Part shown: one piece after another, positions 11,847 through 22,968 of the stretch
Layout: every line of letters begins with the position of its first letter
Numbering within the stretch: the stretch's first letter is position 1
Program-made: the position numbers and the translations under genes
NCBI GenBank assembly: GCA_963778445.1
Contig: CAVZUG010000001.1
Coordinates: 812,076-876,075, forward strand
Length of the DNA stretch: 64,000 nucleotides
DNA from: an uncultured Acidobacteriaceae bacterium
GTDB taxonomy: Bacteria; Acidobacteriota; Terriglobia; Terriglobales; Acidobacteriaceae
Reading direction: 5' to 3'
Notes under the pieces: generated by a model
The model's input: the letters and a program-made list of their open reading frames with translations, nothing else
Database searches by the model: none
Told to the model about the DNA's origin: nothing

Positions 11847-12557
11847 TTGGAACATCATGGTTGCCCTTTGAAGAAGGAGATCTATCTCCAGCGCAAAGCT
11901 CTACGGGCGTCGCTGCGCGTCCAACGCCTGGCGCTCGCGGCCTTGTTGCTTACCGGCATCTCCGCGTGCCATTCCTCCACCGCACCTTCGTCGGGCAGTC
12001 CCGGCAACGCGTCCAACGAGCCCACAAATACCCCCACAGGCACACCCCCGGAGACCTTCAGCCGCGAACTCAACAGCACCTCCGTCTTCAGCGGCGCGTC
12101 CATCATCCAGTACTGGCCGCTTCCCATCCATAACGCCGGCATCGCGGGCGAGACCACATCCGAGGTCCTGACGCGCTTCAAAACAGCCGTCGTAGGACAC
12201 GGCTACCTCCGCGTCATCGTCCTGTGCGGAACCAACGACATTCTTCAGAACAAACCCAACCTCGTCGCTGAGATCACCGCAAACCTCAGATCGATGCGTC
12301 AAATCGCCGCCGATGCCGGCATCGAAGTCGTCCTCAGCCAACTCCCCCCGGCCACCTCAGGCGGAGTCGACCTCAGCCCGACCATCGCAACCGTAAACGC
12401 CGCGATCGTCAGTCTGGCAGCCGAACACGGGGACCTCGTCGTGGACTTCTACACCCCACTCCTTGGACACCCCGAATACTTCCCGGACGGCATCCATCCC
12501 AACTCCGCCGGCTACGCCGTCATGGAAAAGGCCCTGTCCGCCACCGTTCTGCGGTAG
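11847..12557 (+). CDS. SGNH/GDSL hydrolase, probable lipoprotein (start may be downstream)
   Basis: Lipobox-like ISAC; blocks GASI, NAGIAGET, GTND, DGIHPN. Confidence 0.85.
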   Translation: MEHHGCPLKKEIYLQRKALRASLRVQRLALAALLLTGISACHSSTAPSSGSPGNASNEPTNTPTGTPPETFSRELNSTSVFSGASIIQYWPLPIHNAGIAGETTSEVLTRFKTAVVGHGYLRVIVLCGTNDILQNKPNLVAEITANLRSMRQIAADAGIEVVLSQLPPATSGGVDLSPTIATVNAAIVSLAAEHGDLVVDFYTPLLGHPEYFPDGIHPNSAGYAVMEKALSATVLR

Positions 12558-12611
12558 GGCGCTCCCTGGCAGCCCTGCCTCAGACGTTTCCGGAATAAAT
12601 CTCACCGGAGT

Positions 12612-12827
12612 TGGCGTAACTACCCCATCGAAATGGCTACACTGGAAATAGCTGATCTCACAAAAACCTTTCGAATGTGTAGGGGCCAGCTAAGTCATTC
12701 GTTTTGAGGAATTTGGCTCCAACTCCTTTGCTTTGACGATTTTGCGGAGACCGCAAATCGTAAGTGCAACAAAATGGCGAATTTACGGGACGATCCGGGG
12801 GGGGGTACCCCCCCCGGGGGATCGTCC
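12612..12827 (+). repeat. Dispersed element copy A (promoter-like end, three 28-bp motifs, GGTACC palindrome)
   Basis: TGGCGTA..TACACT (12638-12643). Motifs at 12690-12717, 12719-12746, 12760-12787. 40-bp palindrome 12788-12827 centred on GGTACC. Motif block aligns without gaps to copy B. Confidence 0.8.
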
Positions 12828-12848
12828 GAAAGCACACCCGTATCGAGA

Positions 12849-13513
12849 CTAGGGGAGAGCCGGCAGCAAAAGGACCAGTTCAGCCCCTGCCGCCTTAACC
12901 ACAACTTCGGTCAGGGAAGGCGTAATCCACTCCGCCCCAACCAGTTCCGCAGCAGCATGGGTGCCCAGAACAGCCAGCACGCGTCCACCGGCCAACCTCC
13001 CCGCCTCCACACCGGCTGGAGCATCTTCCACCACAACGCACTCCTCCGGACGGAAACCCAGGAGCTCAGCACCGCGCCGGTAAGGCTCCGGATCGGGCTT
13101 GCCCCGCTCCACCTCATCGGCCGAGATCAGGCGCTCCGGAACCGGCAGCCCCGCCGCATTCAGCCGGCCCAGCAGCAAACGCCGTGTCGCCGACGTCACA
13201 ATCGCCCAGCGCTCCGGCGGAAGACTCGCCAGCAGCTCCCGTGCCCCGGGCAGCACGACGAGATCCGCCGTGTCCTCAAGCTCCATATCCTCGATCACCC
13301 GGAGCCCCTCGACCGCATCGATGTCCGGCCGCAGCTGCTTCACAATCTCAATGGCCCGCATCCCGTGCGGCACCTCATAGCTCTCCGCCCCGGCACGCCG
13401 TAGAGGGCCGCCCAACGCCGCCAGCACCGGTTCACCGACCCGATCGAGCTCACCAGAACCCCGTCCATGTCGAACAGAAGCCCCTTCGTCCGGATCTCCA
13501 CAACGCGGCTCAA
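12849..13513 (-). CDS. HAD-superfamily sugar phosphatase (YfbT/HxpA-like; one indel)
   Basis: LLFDMDGVLV motif I, WAIVTSA motif II, GKPDPEPY and VVEDAPAG motifs III/IV; TTG start overlaps the upstream TGA. Confidence 0.88.
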
Positions 13514-14954
13514 CCCCCGCCACCCTGGAGCACAAACGCCTGCGCCGCCGCCAGAACCCGCGCCACCGACCCCTCCGAACAGCTCTCGCAGTACACCCGT
13601 AGCAAAGGCTCCGTCCCCGACGCCCGCAGCAGCAGCCACGTCTCCGCCGCCCGGGGCCGCCCCTCGCACTCACTGTTCTCCAGAAAAAACTTGATTCCGT
13701 CCAGCGTCTCGACGCGCAGCACCTTCATGCCCGCAAACTCGCTCACCCCGGCCTTCGCCCGAGCAATCGCCGACTGCTTCAGCTCCTCATCGATGTGCAT
13801 ATCGACGCGGCCGTACTGATGCTCGCCAAACTCCTCCTGCAGCGCCTTTACGAGCTCGCCCAGCGTCTTCCGCTCGTCCGCCATCACGTTCGCCAGCAGC
13901 AGTGAGTTCAGCAGCCCATCGCGCTCCGGCAGATGCCGGCTGATCCCGATCCCACCCGACTCCTCGCCGCCGATCAGGATCTCCTGCTGCAGCATCAGGT
14001 CGCACACATACTTGAACCCGATCCCGTGCTCATGCAGACGGCGACCATACTTCGCCGCGATGCGGTCCAGCATCTTGGTCGTGTTGAACGCGCGGGTCAC
14101 ATCCCCCGGCCACCCCTTACGCTCCAGCAACCACTTCAGCAACACCGCAAAGATCTTGTGCGCATCCACAACACGCCCATGCTCGTCCACGGCGCCAATG
14201 CGATCCGCGTCACCATCCGTAATCAGTCCCGCATCGCAATGCTCCGCCACCACCGCGGCCTGGGCAGCAGCGATGTGCGGCAGAATCGGCTCCGGGTTGA
14301 TCCCCGGAAACGCCGGGTTCAGCTCGCTCCGGATCTCGACGAACGGCACCCGGCCCGCTCGAAGATGCCCGCAATGACACCCCGGCCGGCCCCATACATG
14401 CAGTCGATGAGGAACTTATACCCAGAGGCCCGAATCGCGGCGAAGATCGACGAAACGCTCGATAGCAGCGATGTAGTCCGGGAGAAAGTCGATCTCTTCG
14501 ATCGTGGGCCTTATTCGGTGCCCGGTGGCAGCGGCTCATGCAGATAACCTTCGATCGAAGAGATGATGGAGGGCTTCCCCGATCCGCCGTAGCTGGCCTT
14601 GTACTTCACGCCGTTCCACTCGGCCGGATTGTGGCTGGACGTGATCATCACACCGCCAGCAGCCTTCCGCTCCCGCACAGCATAGGAGAGTGCCGGCGTA
14701 GGAGTGATGCCACTCGCGAGCGCCACCGGAATCCCGGCGTCGGCCAGAACCTCCGCAACTACTCCGGCGAACGATCGCGATCCGAAACGCGTGTCGTAGC
14801 CGATGCACACCCCCGAGGCAGCATCTTCGTGAGCAAGTACATAGTGCGCGATCGCTCTAGCAGCAACCCGGACGTTGGCGTAGGTGAAGTCATCCGCGAT
14901 GATGCCACGCCAACCGTCGGTCCCGAACTTTACTTCACCTGTGTTTGCTGCCAT
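13510..14954 (-). CDS. Phosphoglucomutase/phosphomannomutase (indel-split)
   Basis: FGTDGWRG, TSSHNP (phospho-Ser), DGDADR (metal loop), GGEESGG, RASGTEP. Confidence 0.92.
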
Positions 14955-14967
14955 CCCACTTCCGATC

Positions 14968-16137
14968 TTAGAGACAGTCTTCCCGAGCCGTGTCCGCCAA
15001 CGCTCTGGTCACCTTACTGACGTCCTGGGATCTCTCCCGCGTCGTCACCAGCACCGCATCGTCCGTCACGACGACAACAAGATCCTGCACACCGAGGAGA
15101 GCCACTGTCCTCCCGGGCGCGTACACGTAAGTGCCCTGCGACTCGATAGCGACATGAGAGCCGGACTCAATCACGTTTACCTGCTCTGACCCGTGATTGT
15201 TGTCCCCGCTCGAGTGCTCGTAGAGAGCGTCCCACGAACCAAGATCGTTCCAGTCGAAGTCCGCCGGCAGGCAATAGATCTCCGAGGCTGCCTCACCCTT
15301 CGCAGAACGCGGCTCAAGCACAGCGTAATCGATACTGATGTTCTCGCACTTCGGGTAGAGTTCGGCGAAGACCTGCGCGAACTCGGCCGTTCCATAAGCC
15401 GCGGCGATCTCTTCGAGCAGTGGTGCGAGCTCCGGTCGATGTTCGCGAATTGCGTTCGCCAACGTGCCGGCTTTCCAAAGAAATATGCCGCTATTCCAGG
15501 CGTACTTGCCGGATTCGAGAAATTCCTTTGCCCTCGCGGTGTTCGGTTTCTCAGTGAAACGCGTGACCCGGTGGACGGGCATGTCTCCGGAGGGCAGATC
15601 GACTTGATTTCCCCGTTCGATATAGCCATATCCGGTCTCCGGGCGCGTTGGGGGAACGCCCAAGACAACGATACGTTCTCCTTGGGATGCTAGTGCCACG
15701 CCGGCCCGGATCACCTCGGTGAATCGCCGAACATCCTTCACCACGTGATCGGACGGGAAGATGCCGATTACCGTGTCGGGCTCGCTCCGCTCGAGCAGGA
15801 ATGCCGCGAGAGCACACGCTGGAGCGGTGTTTCGCGCTGCCGGCTCGCAAAGCACGTGCTGCTCTGCAAGCTCTGGGAGTTGCTGCACAATCTGGGCCTT
15901 GAGCAGATCGTTGGTGATCACCCAAACCTCGCCGGCACCGGCGAGTCCGCCCATGCGAGCGACCGTTTGCTGGATCATGGTGCGCTCCCCGTCGAGAGCC
16001 AGCACCTGTTTCGCGCGGGCTCTGCGACTGCGCGGCCAGAAGCGGGTTCCACTTCCGCCCGCCAGAATCACCGGAGCAAAGCGAGGCTCCGCAAGACGAT
16101 CAGCTTGAGGCATGAATTCAATCCTATGGGAAGGCAC
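14968..16137 (-). CDS. manC: Mannose-1-phosphate guanylyltransferase (start possibly 16113)
   Basis: VILAGGSGTRFWPRSR, EPAARNTAPA, PSDH, PETGYGYI, FTEKP, WNSGIF, SIDYAVLE, WNDLGSW. Confidence 0.93.
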   Translation of the reverse strand: MPSHRIEFMPQADRLAEPRFAPVILAGGSGTRFWPRSRRARAKQVLALDGERTMIQQTVARMGGLAGAGEVWVITNDLLKAQIVQQLPELAEQHVLCEPAARNTAPACALAAFLLERSEPDTVIGIFPSDHVVKDVRRFTEVIRAGVALASQGERIVVLGVPPTRPETGYGYIERGNQVDLPSGDMPVHRVTRFTEKPNTARAKEFLESGKYAWNSGIFLWKAGTLANAIREHRPELAPLLEEIAAAYGTAEFAQVFAELYPKCENISIDYAVLEPRSAKGEAASEIYCLPADFDWNDLGSWDALYEHSSGDNNHGSEQVNVIESGSHVAIESQGTYVYAPGRTVALLGVQDLVVVVTDDAVLVTTRERSQDVSKVTRALADTAREDCL

Positions 16138-16141
16138 CGGC

Positions 16142-17335
16142 TTAGCTCAGAGTGGACAGGTACTGACGGATGCGCGTGATGCCCTTTTCGATGACGTCGT
16201 GCGAGACGGCGTAGGAGAGCCGAATGTGCTCCGACGTACCGAACGCCTCGCCCGGCACCACGACCACATGGGCCTCACTGAGCAGCTTCGCCGCCAGATC
16301 GGATCCGGAGCGAATCGATCCTTTGCCGATAAAGTTGCGCACGTTCGGGTACACGTAGAAGGCACCCTCGGGGATCGTGCAGGTCAGACCGGGAATGGAC
16401 CGGAAGCCCTCGAGCACGGCGTCACGAAGCTTGACGTAATCCGCGCGCATCTCGGCGACACACTCCTGCGATCCACTTACGGCGGCAATGGCGGCCTGCT
16501 GCACCATGCTGGCCGCATTCGACGTGCTCTGCGACTGAAGCTTGCTCATCGCTGCTATGACGGGCTTGGGGCCGAGCGCAAATCCTGCGCGCCAGCCGGT
16601 CATCGCGTAGGTCTTCGACAGGGATCCCAGGATGATGATGTGTTCCTTGCAGTCCGTGAACGAGCCGCCGCTTACGATCTCGCCGGTGTAGTTCAGGTAG
16701 ACGTAACACTCATCGAGAAGAACGTAGATTCCGCACTTATCTGCGAGGCGAACGATGGCCTCAAGGTCTTCCGGCGCGACGACCGCACCGGACGGATTTG
16801 ATGGCGAGTTGAGGATGATCGCGCGAGTCTTGGGCGTAATTGCCGCCTCGATCATCTTCGCGGTGATACGGAAGTTTTCTTCTTCTCTGCTCTCCACGCA
16901 CACGGGCTTGCCGCCGGCGTACTGGATGATGTCTTTGAAGGAGACCCAGTAGGGGACGGGTAGGATGACCTCGTCGCCGTGATCGACGAGCACCTGCACC
17001 GCGTTGAAGAGGGCGAGCTTTCCGCCGGTGGTGAAGACGCACTCTTCCGGGGTGTAGTTCGAGCCGAAGTCGCAGGCGTGACGGTCGACAATCGCCTTTC
17101 GGACTTCGGGAACTCCGGCTACGTTGGTGTAGCGCGTGAAGTTCTTTTCGATGGCCTTGATGGCGGCGTCTTTGATATGGCGAGGGGTGGCGAAGTGCGG
17201 TTCCCCGGCACCGAAGTCGGCGAGATCGACTCCCTGGGCCTTCAGCTTCAGGGCCTCGGCGGTGATGGCCATGGTGGCGGAGACTTCGATGCGGCCGATG
17301 CGGTCGGCGAAGATCTTGGTTGCGGCGATGCTCAT
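16142..17335 (-). CDS. aspC: PLP-dependent aspartate aminotransferase (class I/II)
   Basis: FGAGEPHF, NSPSNPSG, DECY, SLSKTYAMTGWRAG (PLP Lys), PEGAFY, IRLSYA. Confidence 0.88.
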   Translation of the reverse strand: MSIAATKIFADRIGRIEVSATMAITAEALKLKAQGVDLADFGAGEPHFATPRHIKDAAIKAIEKNFTRYTNVAGVPEVRKAIVDRHACDFGSNYTPEECVFTTGGKLALFNAVQVLVDHGDEVILPVPYWVSFKDIIQYAGGKPVCVESREEENFRITAKMIEAAITPKTRAIILNSPSNPSGAVVAPEDLEAIVRLADKCGIYVLLDECYVYLNYTGEIVSGGSFTDCKEHIIILGSLSKTYAMTGWRAGFALGPKPVIAAMSKLQSQSTSNAASMVQQAAIAAVSGSQECVAEMRADYVKLRDAVLEGFRSIPGLTCTIPEGAFYVYPNVRNFIGKGSIRSGSDLAAKLLSEAHVVVVPGEAFGTSEHIRLSYAVSHDVIEKGITRIRQYLSTLS

Positions 17336-17386
17336 GCCGCTAGTGTTTCAGATTCCGCAGATGAGATAAAGCGTTGATCGCCCCAT

Positions 17387-17883
17387 TTACAACTTTGAGG
17401 GGACCTTGGAGCGGAGGCGCTCGACCACCAGCGGGGGGACCAGGGCCGAGACGTCGCCGCCCAGCTGGAAGACGCCCTTGATCAGACGCGAGCTGACGTA
17501 GGTGTACTTTTCGGCGGGCATCATGAAAAGCGTTTCGAGCTCAGGGTCGAGCTTGCGGTTCATCATGGCCATCTGGAACTCGTACTCGTAGTCGCTGATG
17601 GCGCGGATGCCGCGAAGCACCGCCTTGGCGCTGCACTCGCGGGCGAAGTCGACCAGGAGGCCGTCGAAGACGGCGACGGAGACGTTTGGCGAAGTCGCTG
17701 CGTGGCCTCGGAGATCATCTCGCGGCGCTCCTCGACGGTGAACAGGGGGGCGGCCTTGTCGCTGTTGCGGAGGATGGCGACGACGAGTTCATCGACGATC
17801 TTGGCGCCGCGGGCGATCAGATCGAGGTGACCGTTGGTCAGCGGATCGAAGGTTCCCGGATAGATGGCCTTGACGGTATGCAT
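17387..17883 (-). CDS. coaD: Phosphopantetheine adenylyltransferase (indel-split)
   Basis: [18 protein letters not shown]; [20 protein letters not shown]; VSSRLIK. Confidence 0.95.
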
Positions 17884-17969
17884 GCATGAGCAGCATACGG
17901 CTGCACCTATACCGATGCAACGCCGGTTTGGGTGAGAGCTCCCGACGAGGCAGGTGGAGAGCGGCACCA

Positions 17970-18133
17970 GGCACCCTCCCCCTATATTGCGCAAAGTCTT
18001 CGAATCAAAAAACTTAGGTCCGGACCTCTGGCGGAGGTATCCGACCTGAACGGCCAGGCAGGACGTGCCGGAGCATACCTATTGCGGGAGAGCTCTATTT
18101 CTATTGTAAACATTCGGGGCGTTGATTGCGCCA
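17970..18133 (-). repeat. Dispersed element copy C (single 28-bp motif)
   Basis: Plus strand reads GGCACCCTCCCCC..TTGCGCAAAGTCTTCGAAtcaaaaaacTTAGGTCCGGAC. Minus strand has TGGCGCA..TACAAT (18103-18108). Shares 18-nt and 12-nt identical blocks with copy D. Confidence 0.8.
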
Positions 18134-18168
18134 CAGCCGGGCTGCTGCATATAGCAGCTGGCGATTCC

Positions 18169-19213
18169 CTATGCCTGGATGGCTATGGGGGAGTCGGTTT
18201 CGAAGAGGTCGGCCTGGTAGGCGCCGGTCGCGACTTCGGCGATGGCGCGGATAAGGGTGTGGGAGTCGTTGAGGCTTTCGGCGCGCCAGAGCTCCAGGCC
18301 TAGCGAGCGCGCGGTCTCACGGAAGGCGATGTCGATGTCATAGAGGATTTCGACGTGATCGCAGAGGAAGCCGACGGGCTGCATGACGACTCCGGGAAGG
18401 CCCTCGGCGGCTATGGCCCGGAAGGTGTCCTCCACGGTGGGACCGATCCATGGACCGCCGCTGACCCCCTGGCTCTGGAAGGCGAAGTACCAGTCGCTGT
18501 CACGCATGCCGACGACGGCGAGGCGTTCGGCGACGAGCTGCGCGGTTCGCTTCGCTTCGACGGGGTAGGGGTCGGGGGTGGCTTGCTCGGGAGTTCCGGG
18601 ACGCGCGCCGATGACCGACGCGGTGCCGGTTGAGATGGTGCGGCAGGGGACGGAGTGCGCGGTGAAGAGCACGGGGATGCGCCGGCCGGTCGAGGCACAG
18701 GCTTCGGCCCAGACGGGCCAGAGGCGCTCGGCAAAGGCCTGAGCGAGAAGCGGGTGCTCGGCCCAGCCGGCGACGAACTCGACCTCCATGCCTTCGGAGG
18801 CTTTCAGGACGGCACCGCGGTAGAGACCGACGCTGGTGCGGGAGTTTTGCGGGGCGAGGCAGATGGCTTTGAAGCGGGTGACGCCGTCGCGGCGCATCTG
18901 GGCGATGACATCGGCGATGTACGGGTGCCAGTTGCGCATGCCGACGTAGACGCGTGGGCCGCAGAGAGCGCCTTCGAGGAGGCGGCCCTGGATCATGGTC
19001 CAGCGGGTGAGCGGCGGCGGCTCCTTGCCGGGAGTCTCGGCGAGGCCGATCTCGGCGTACCGGTGCTGAAGCTCTTTGACGACGTCGTCCGGAAGGGGGC
19101 GGCCGCCGGTGACGCTGCTTGAGGTACTCGGCCATCTCGCCAAGAACGTCGGGGGTGCCATGGGCGAGGAGGAGGATTGCAGCCGATTCATCCTGGAGGA
19201 GTGCGATGGACAT
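18169..19213 (-). CDS. hemH: Ferrochelatase (indel near 5' end)
   Basis: ILLLAHGTP, VGMRNWHPYI, LFTAHSVP, FQSQG..WIGP, PVGFLCDHVEILYDIDI; TGATG coupling to hemE. Confidence 0.92.
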
Positions 19214-20382
19214 CAGAGCGAGAACTCCTTGACCCAGCGGACGACGTCGATGACATTTTCCACGGGGGTTCCGGGGACGATGCCGTGGCCGAGATTGAAG
19301 ATGTGGCCGGGGCGGCCGGCGGCGAGGTGCAGAATCTCGTCGACGCGGGCCTTGAGGATGCCGGCCGGGGCGAAGAGGGTGATGGGGTCGAGGTTGCCCT
19401 GGACGGCGCAGCCGTGGCCGAGCGACTGCCAGCCCATGTCGAGGGGCACGCGCCAGTCGAGACCGATGACATCGGCGCCGGTCTGACCGCATGGTGGGGA
19501 GGAGCGATGCGGTATCGACGCCGAAGTAGATGACCGGGACGCCGAACGCCTGGATGCGGCGGATGAGCTCGGTGGTGGGGGCGAGGCAATACTGCGTGTA
19601 ATCGGTGACGGAGAGGGCTCCGGCCCAGGAGTCGAAGACCTGGATGACGTCGGCGCCGGCTTCGACCTGCTGCTGGGCGTAGCCGGTGAGGACGGTGATG
19701 AGCTTCTCCATCAGCATGGGCCAGGCTGAAGGCAGTTGTGAGTTGTCCGTTGCCTGTTGTGAGTTGAGTTCGCCGCTGGCGTACATGAGGCGCTTGGTTT
19801 CGATGTAGTTGCGGGAGCTGCCGCCCTCGATCATGTAGCTGGCGAGGGTGAAAGGTGCGCCGCAGAAGCCGATGATGCCAAGCTGGTCTTTTTGCGAAGA
19901 TCCCGGGTCGGTGCGCGGGCGAGTGTTGAAATGGGCGGCGACTTTTTCAATTGCGCGAGCGACGTAGCTGAGGTCCTCGATGCGATCGGTGCGGAGAGCC
20001 GGCGACCTGCTCGAGCGGTGCGGATGGGCTGATGGACGACGGGGCCTTCGCCGGCGAGGAACTCGAAGTCGACCCCCATGGGTGTGAACGGGAGGAGGAG
20101 GTCGGCGAAGATGATGGCGGCGTCGACACCGAGACGCTCGGCAGCGGTGATGGTGACCTCTGCGGCGATTTCGGGGGTGCGGCAGATGTCGAGCAGCGAA
20201 TGGTGCTTGCGGACGGCCATGTACTCCGGCATGTAGCGGCCGGCCTGGCGCAGAAACCAGACGGGAGTGCGATCGACGGGCTGGCGGAGGCAGGCGCGAA
20301 CGAAGCGGCTGCCGGCGCCGTTTGGAGCTTCGGCGGAGAGCTCAGGCGTGGGTGAATTTTCTGCTGTGGATGTGTGGCTCAA
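19213..20382 (-). CDS. hemE: Uroporphyrinogen decarboxylase (indel-split; two short inserts)
   Basis: [67 protein letters not shown]. Confidence 0.95.
19732..19766. repeat. Five tandem heptamers (nnnGTTG) in frame inside hemE
   Basis: GCAGTTG TGAGTTG TCCGTTG CCTGTTG TGAGTTG; encodes [12 protein letters not shown] on the minus strand. Confidence 0.75.
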
Positions 20383-20512
20383 AATGGATGGCTCAAAATG
20401 GGTGGCTCGAAGGGACGCAGGCTTCTCTTTGAGCGTAGCACCGGCCTTGAGCCCCGACGCATTGACGGCAGTGTTCTGTTGACGTCGCTAAACCGTTCAG
20501 GAGAAGAGCAGT

Positions 20513-20758
20513 TCAGGCTTCGAGGTCGAAGGTGAACTCTTCGATGACGGGGTTTGTCAGCACTTCGCGCGCGATCCGTTCGACCTCGGCCTGCGCGGCG
20601 GAAGATTCGATTCCATCCTCGAGTGTGAGGACGAAGTACTTGCCCTGGCGGACGTCGGCCACACCCTGGTAGGACATGCGCCGGAGTGCGTCGGCCACGG
20701 TTTTACCCTGGGCGTCGAGCACCGTGCGCTTGAGCGTGACATAGACATGAGCCTTCAT
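20513..20758 (-). CDS. purS: Phosphoribosylformylglycinamidine synthase subunit PurS
   Basis: VYVTLKRTVLDAQGKTV..VRQGKYF..LTNPVIEEF; TATAAT 8 nt upstream of ATG. Confidence 0.95.
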   Translation of the reverse strand: MKAHVYVTLKRTVLDAQGKTVADALRRMSYQGVADVRQGKYFVLTLEDGIESSAAQAEVERIAREVLTNPVIEEFTFDLEA

Positions 20759-20896
20759 CGTGTCTGATTATAGACATGCGGTTGCTTTGCCAGATGCGGT
20801 CGGAGCGCGATCGATTGCACGGCGTCTGGCGCGAAAGCCTCGCTGTTGCGATGGCAGCCCCAATCTTCTGGAAACGAGACGACACCCACACCATCT

Positions 20897-21451
20897 ATGA
20901 CGAACTATCTGGAACTGCCCGTCGGGCCGAAGTCGCCGGAGGTCATCAACGCGGTGATCGAGATTCCGCTTGAAGGAATCAACAAGTACGAGTACGACAA
21001 GCAGCTGCATGTGTTCCGGCTGGATCGGAATCTTTACTCGCCGGTGCACTACCCGGGGGACTACGGATTTGTGCCGAGCACGCTGGCGGACGACGGCGAC
21101 CCGCTGGATGTGCTGGTGCTGGTGGACGCGGCGAGCTTTCCTGGGTGCGTGATGGAGGTGCGCCCGATCGGTCTGCTGGAGATGCTGGATCAGGGGGTCG
21201 CGGACGAGAAGGTGCTGTGTGTGGGCAAGGGCAATCCGCGATACAAGGATGTGTGGAACTTCTCGGAGATCTACCCGCACATGCTGAAGGAGATCACCCA
21301 TTTCTTTGCGATTTACAAGGATCTCGAAGGCAAGCGGGTGGAGGTGAAGGGCTGGCGCGATGCCTCGTATGCGCGGAGCAAGGTGGTCGAGTCGCAGCAG
21401 CGCTTTATGGATAACAAGAAGCAGGGCGCCGGAGATCCGGTGAAGGCGTAG
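20897..21451 (+). CDS. ppa: Family I inorganic pyrophosphatase
   Basis: NKYEYDK, LDRNLYSPVHYPGDYGF, DGDPLDVLV, DEK, FFAIYKDLE. Confidence 0.95.
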   Translation: MTNYLELPVGPKSPEVINAVIEIPLEGINKYEYDKQLHVFRLDRNLYSPVHYPGDYGFVPSTLADDGDPLDVLVLVDAASFPGCVMEVRPIGLLEMLDQGVADEKVLCVGKGNPRYKDVWNFSEIYPHMLKEITHFFAIYKDLEGKRVEVKGWRDASYARSKVVESQQRFMDNKKQGAGDPVKA

Positions 21452-21481
21452 GGCTGCCCCTCGGGTGTTGGCGGTCTCCTA

Positions 21482-21605
21482 CCCATATCTGGGGGCAGTT
21501 CCGCCTCAGACATGGAGGTCGGAGGCGAAATACAGGGGTCTCTCCACTGGCGCTCCGCGCTCCCGTCGAGATGACGGTGGAAAGGTCTCAGACATGGGGC
21601 ACCCG
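21482..21605. repeat. Composite REP-like cluster between convergent ppa and permease
   Basis: Hairpin CCCATATCTGGGGGC..GCCTCAGACATGG, inner unit AAATACAGGGGTCTCTCCACT..GTCGAGATGACGG (21528-21577), terminal CTCAGACATGGGGCACCCG. Confidence 0.65.
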
Positions 21606-21639
21606 CATCTTGCCAAGCTGGTGATGTGTTTGGGGCAGG

Positions 21640-22968
21640 TCAGGAGACTCGCGATACCGTCTGCGGCGATCTGCGAACGGCGATCCAGTAAAAGATGGGA
21701 CCGGTGGCAGCGACGATTGCCGCGAAGGCGAGTGCGGGGATGCCGGCGACGCGCTCGGATCGGGCCGCCCAGAGCGCGAACGCGATGAGAGCCGCTGGGC
21801 CGGCGCCAAGGGTGACCATCGCTCCGACGCCGCCGGGGACGCGGAAGGGGCGGGGCATCCCTGGCTCGCGCACGCGCAGGACGACGAGAGCGGCGAACTC
21901 CAGCAGAAGCGCTCCGCCGTAGAGTACGAGGTCGATGGAGATGAGACGCTCGAAGGTGAAGCTGAGGGCGAGCGCCCAGCCGATGCTGCACGCGATGACG
22001 CTGACCCAGGGAACGCCGTTCGACGAGCGGCGGGCGAGAGCGCGCGGCATGAGGCCGTCTTCTGCCATCGCGGGAGGGAGACGTGTGAGGGATAGTACAA
22101 GTGCGTTGAAGGTGCCGAGGCCGTCGAGCGAACCGGCGACGACCACCATGGTGGCCAGTGCGGGACCGGCGAGCGATGTGGCCGCGTCCACCCAGGCTCC
22201 GGTCGAGAAGCGTTCGGCAGGGATGCCGGCGAGCCAGACGGCGGTGAGCGGGAGCAGATAAACGCACGTGACAAGGGCGGCGGACGAGAACATGGCGCGG
22301 GGATAGGTGCGCTGCGGGTCTTCGACCTCCTGCGCGATGGTGGAGGCGTTGTCCCAGCCCATGTAGTTCCAGAGCGCGATGAGGAGCGCACCGGAAAGGT
22401 CGAGGTGGGCGGGTGGGCCTCCGGCAGCGGCGGCTGGGAGATGGTGACTGAGCAGACGCCAGCTGACGATGCCGACAAGGATGAGGAAGGGTGAGAGGGA
22501 GATGAGCATCAGGCGCACGGAGCCACGGCCAACGGAGACGGCGCCGCGGAGATTCCAGAGCGCAGCGATGGTGACGATGGAGAGCTTTATCAAAAGACCG
22601 CGGTGGCCGGAGGTGAGTTGCGGGGCGATGCGGGAGAGATAGAGGACAAAGGTGGTCGGGTAGATGGCCATGTCGAAGACGCTGGCGGCAAGCGAGAGCC
22701 AGGCCTCCTGAAAACCCCAGAACGGGCCCATAGCGCGGCGGACCCAATGGTAGAAGCCGCCGTCGCAGGGTATGGCGGTGGCGAGTTCGCCGATCATAAG
22801 GGAGGTGGGGATGCTCCAGAAGACGGGGACCAGGAGGAGCAGCGTGACGGCTCGCAGATAGCCGGCATCGCCGATGATGTCTTCAAGGCCGTAGGGGCCG
22901 CCGGAGACCATGAAGTAGGTCGCCGCGATGAGCGGGAGCATGCCTAGTTTGCCGGCCGGTTTTGCCAA
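21640..22968 (-). CDS. APC family amino acid/polyamine permease
   Basis: YFMVSGGPYGLE, ELATAIPCDGGFYHWV, WNYMGWD, EVEDPQRTYPRA, RPFRVPGG; about 12 TM segments. Confidence 0.9.
   Translation of the reverse strand: MAKPAGKLGMLPLIAATYFMVSGGPYGLEDIIGDAGYLRAVTLLLLVPVFWSIPTSLMIGELATAIPCDGGFYHWVRRAMGPFWGFQEAWLSLAASVFDMAIYPTTFVLYLSRIAPQLTSGHRGLLIKLSIVTIAALWNLRGAVSVGRGSVRLMLISLSPFLILVGIVSWRLLSHHLPAAAAGGPPAHLDLSGALLIALWNYMGWDNASTIAQEVEDPQRTYPRAMFSSAALVTCVYLLPLTAVWLAGIPAERFSTGAWVDAATSLAGPALATMVVVAGSLDGLGTFNALVLSLTRLPPAMAEDGLMPRALARRSSNGVPWVSVIACSIGWALALSFTFERLISIDLVLYGGALLLEFAALVVLRVREPGMPRPFRVPGGVGAMVTLGAGPAALIAFALWAARSERVAGIPALAFAAIVAATGPIFYWIAVRRSPQTVSRVS

Noticed and set aside
12690-12787. 28-bp units as a mini CRISPR array
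   Set aside because: The units are degenerate, the gaps are 1 and 13 nt, and no cas genes are present.
1-20382. Mass pseudogenisation or programmed frameshifting in alaS, PBP1A, kdsB, PMM, coaD, hemH, hemE (also the GH127, GH106 and 59-62 kb genes)
   Set aside because: The breaks are scattered single-base indels hitting essential genes, with motifs intact on both sides and no shared slippery site. Uncorrected long-read error is far more likely.
20375-20415. Three 14-bp tandem units (TGGCTCAAAATGGR) at the hemE start
   Set aside because: The repeat is real but short and degenerate, with no second occurrence or functional clue. Possibly local slippage.
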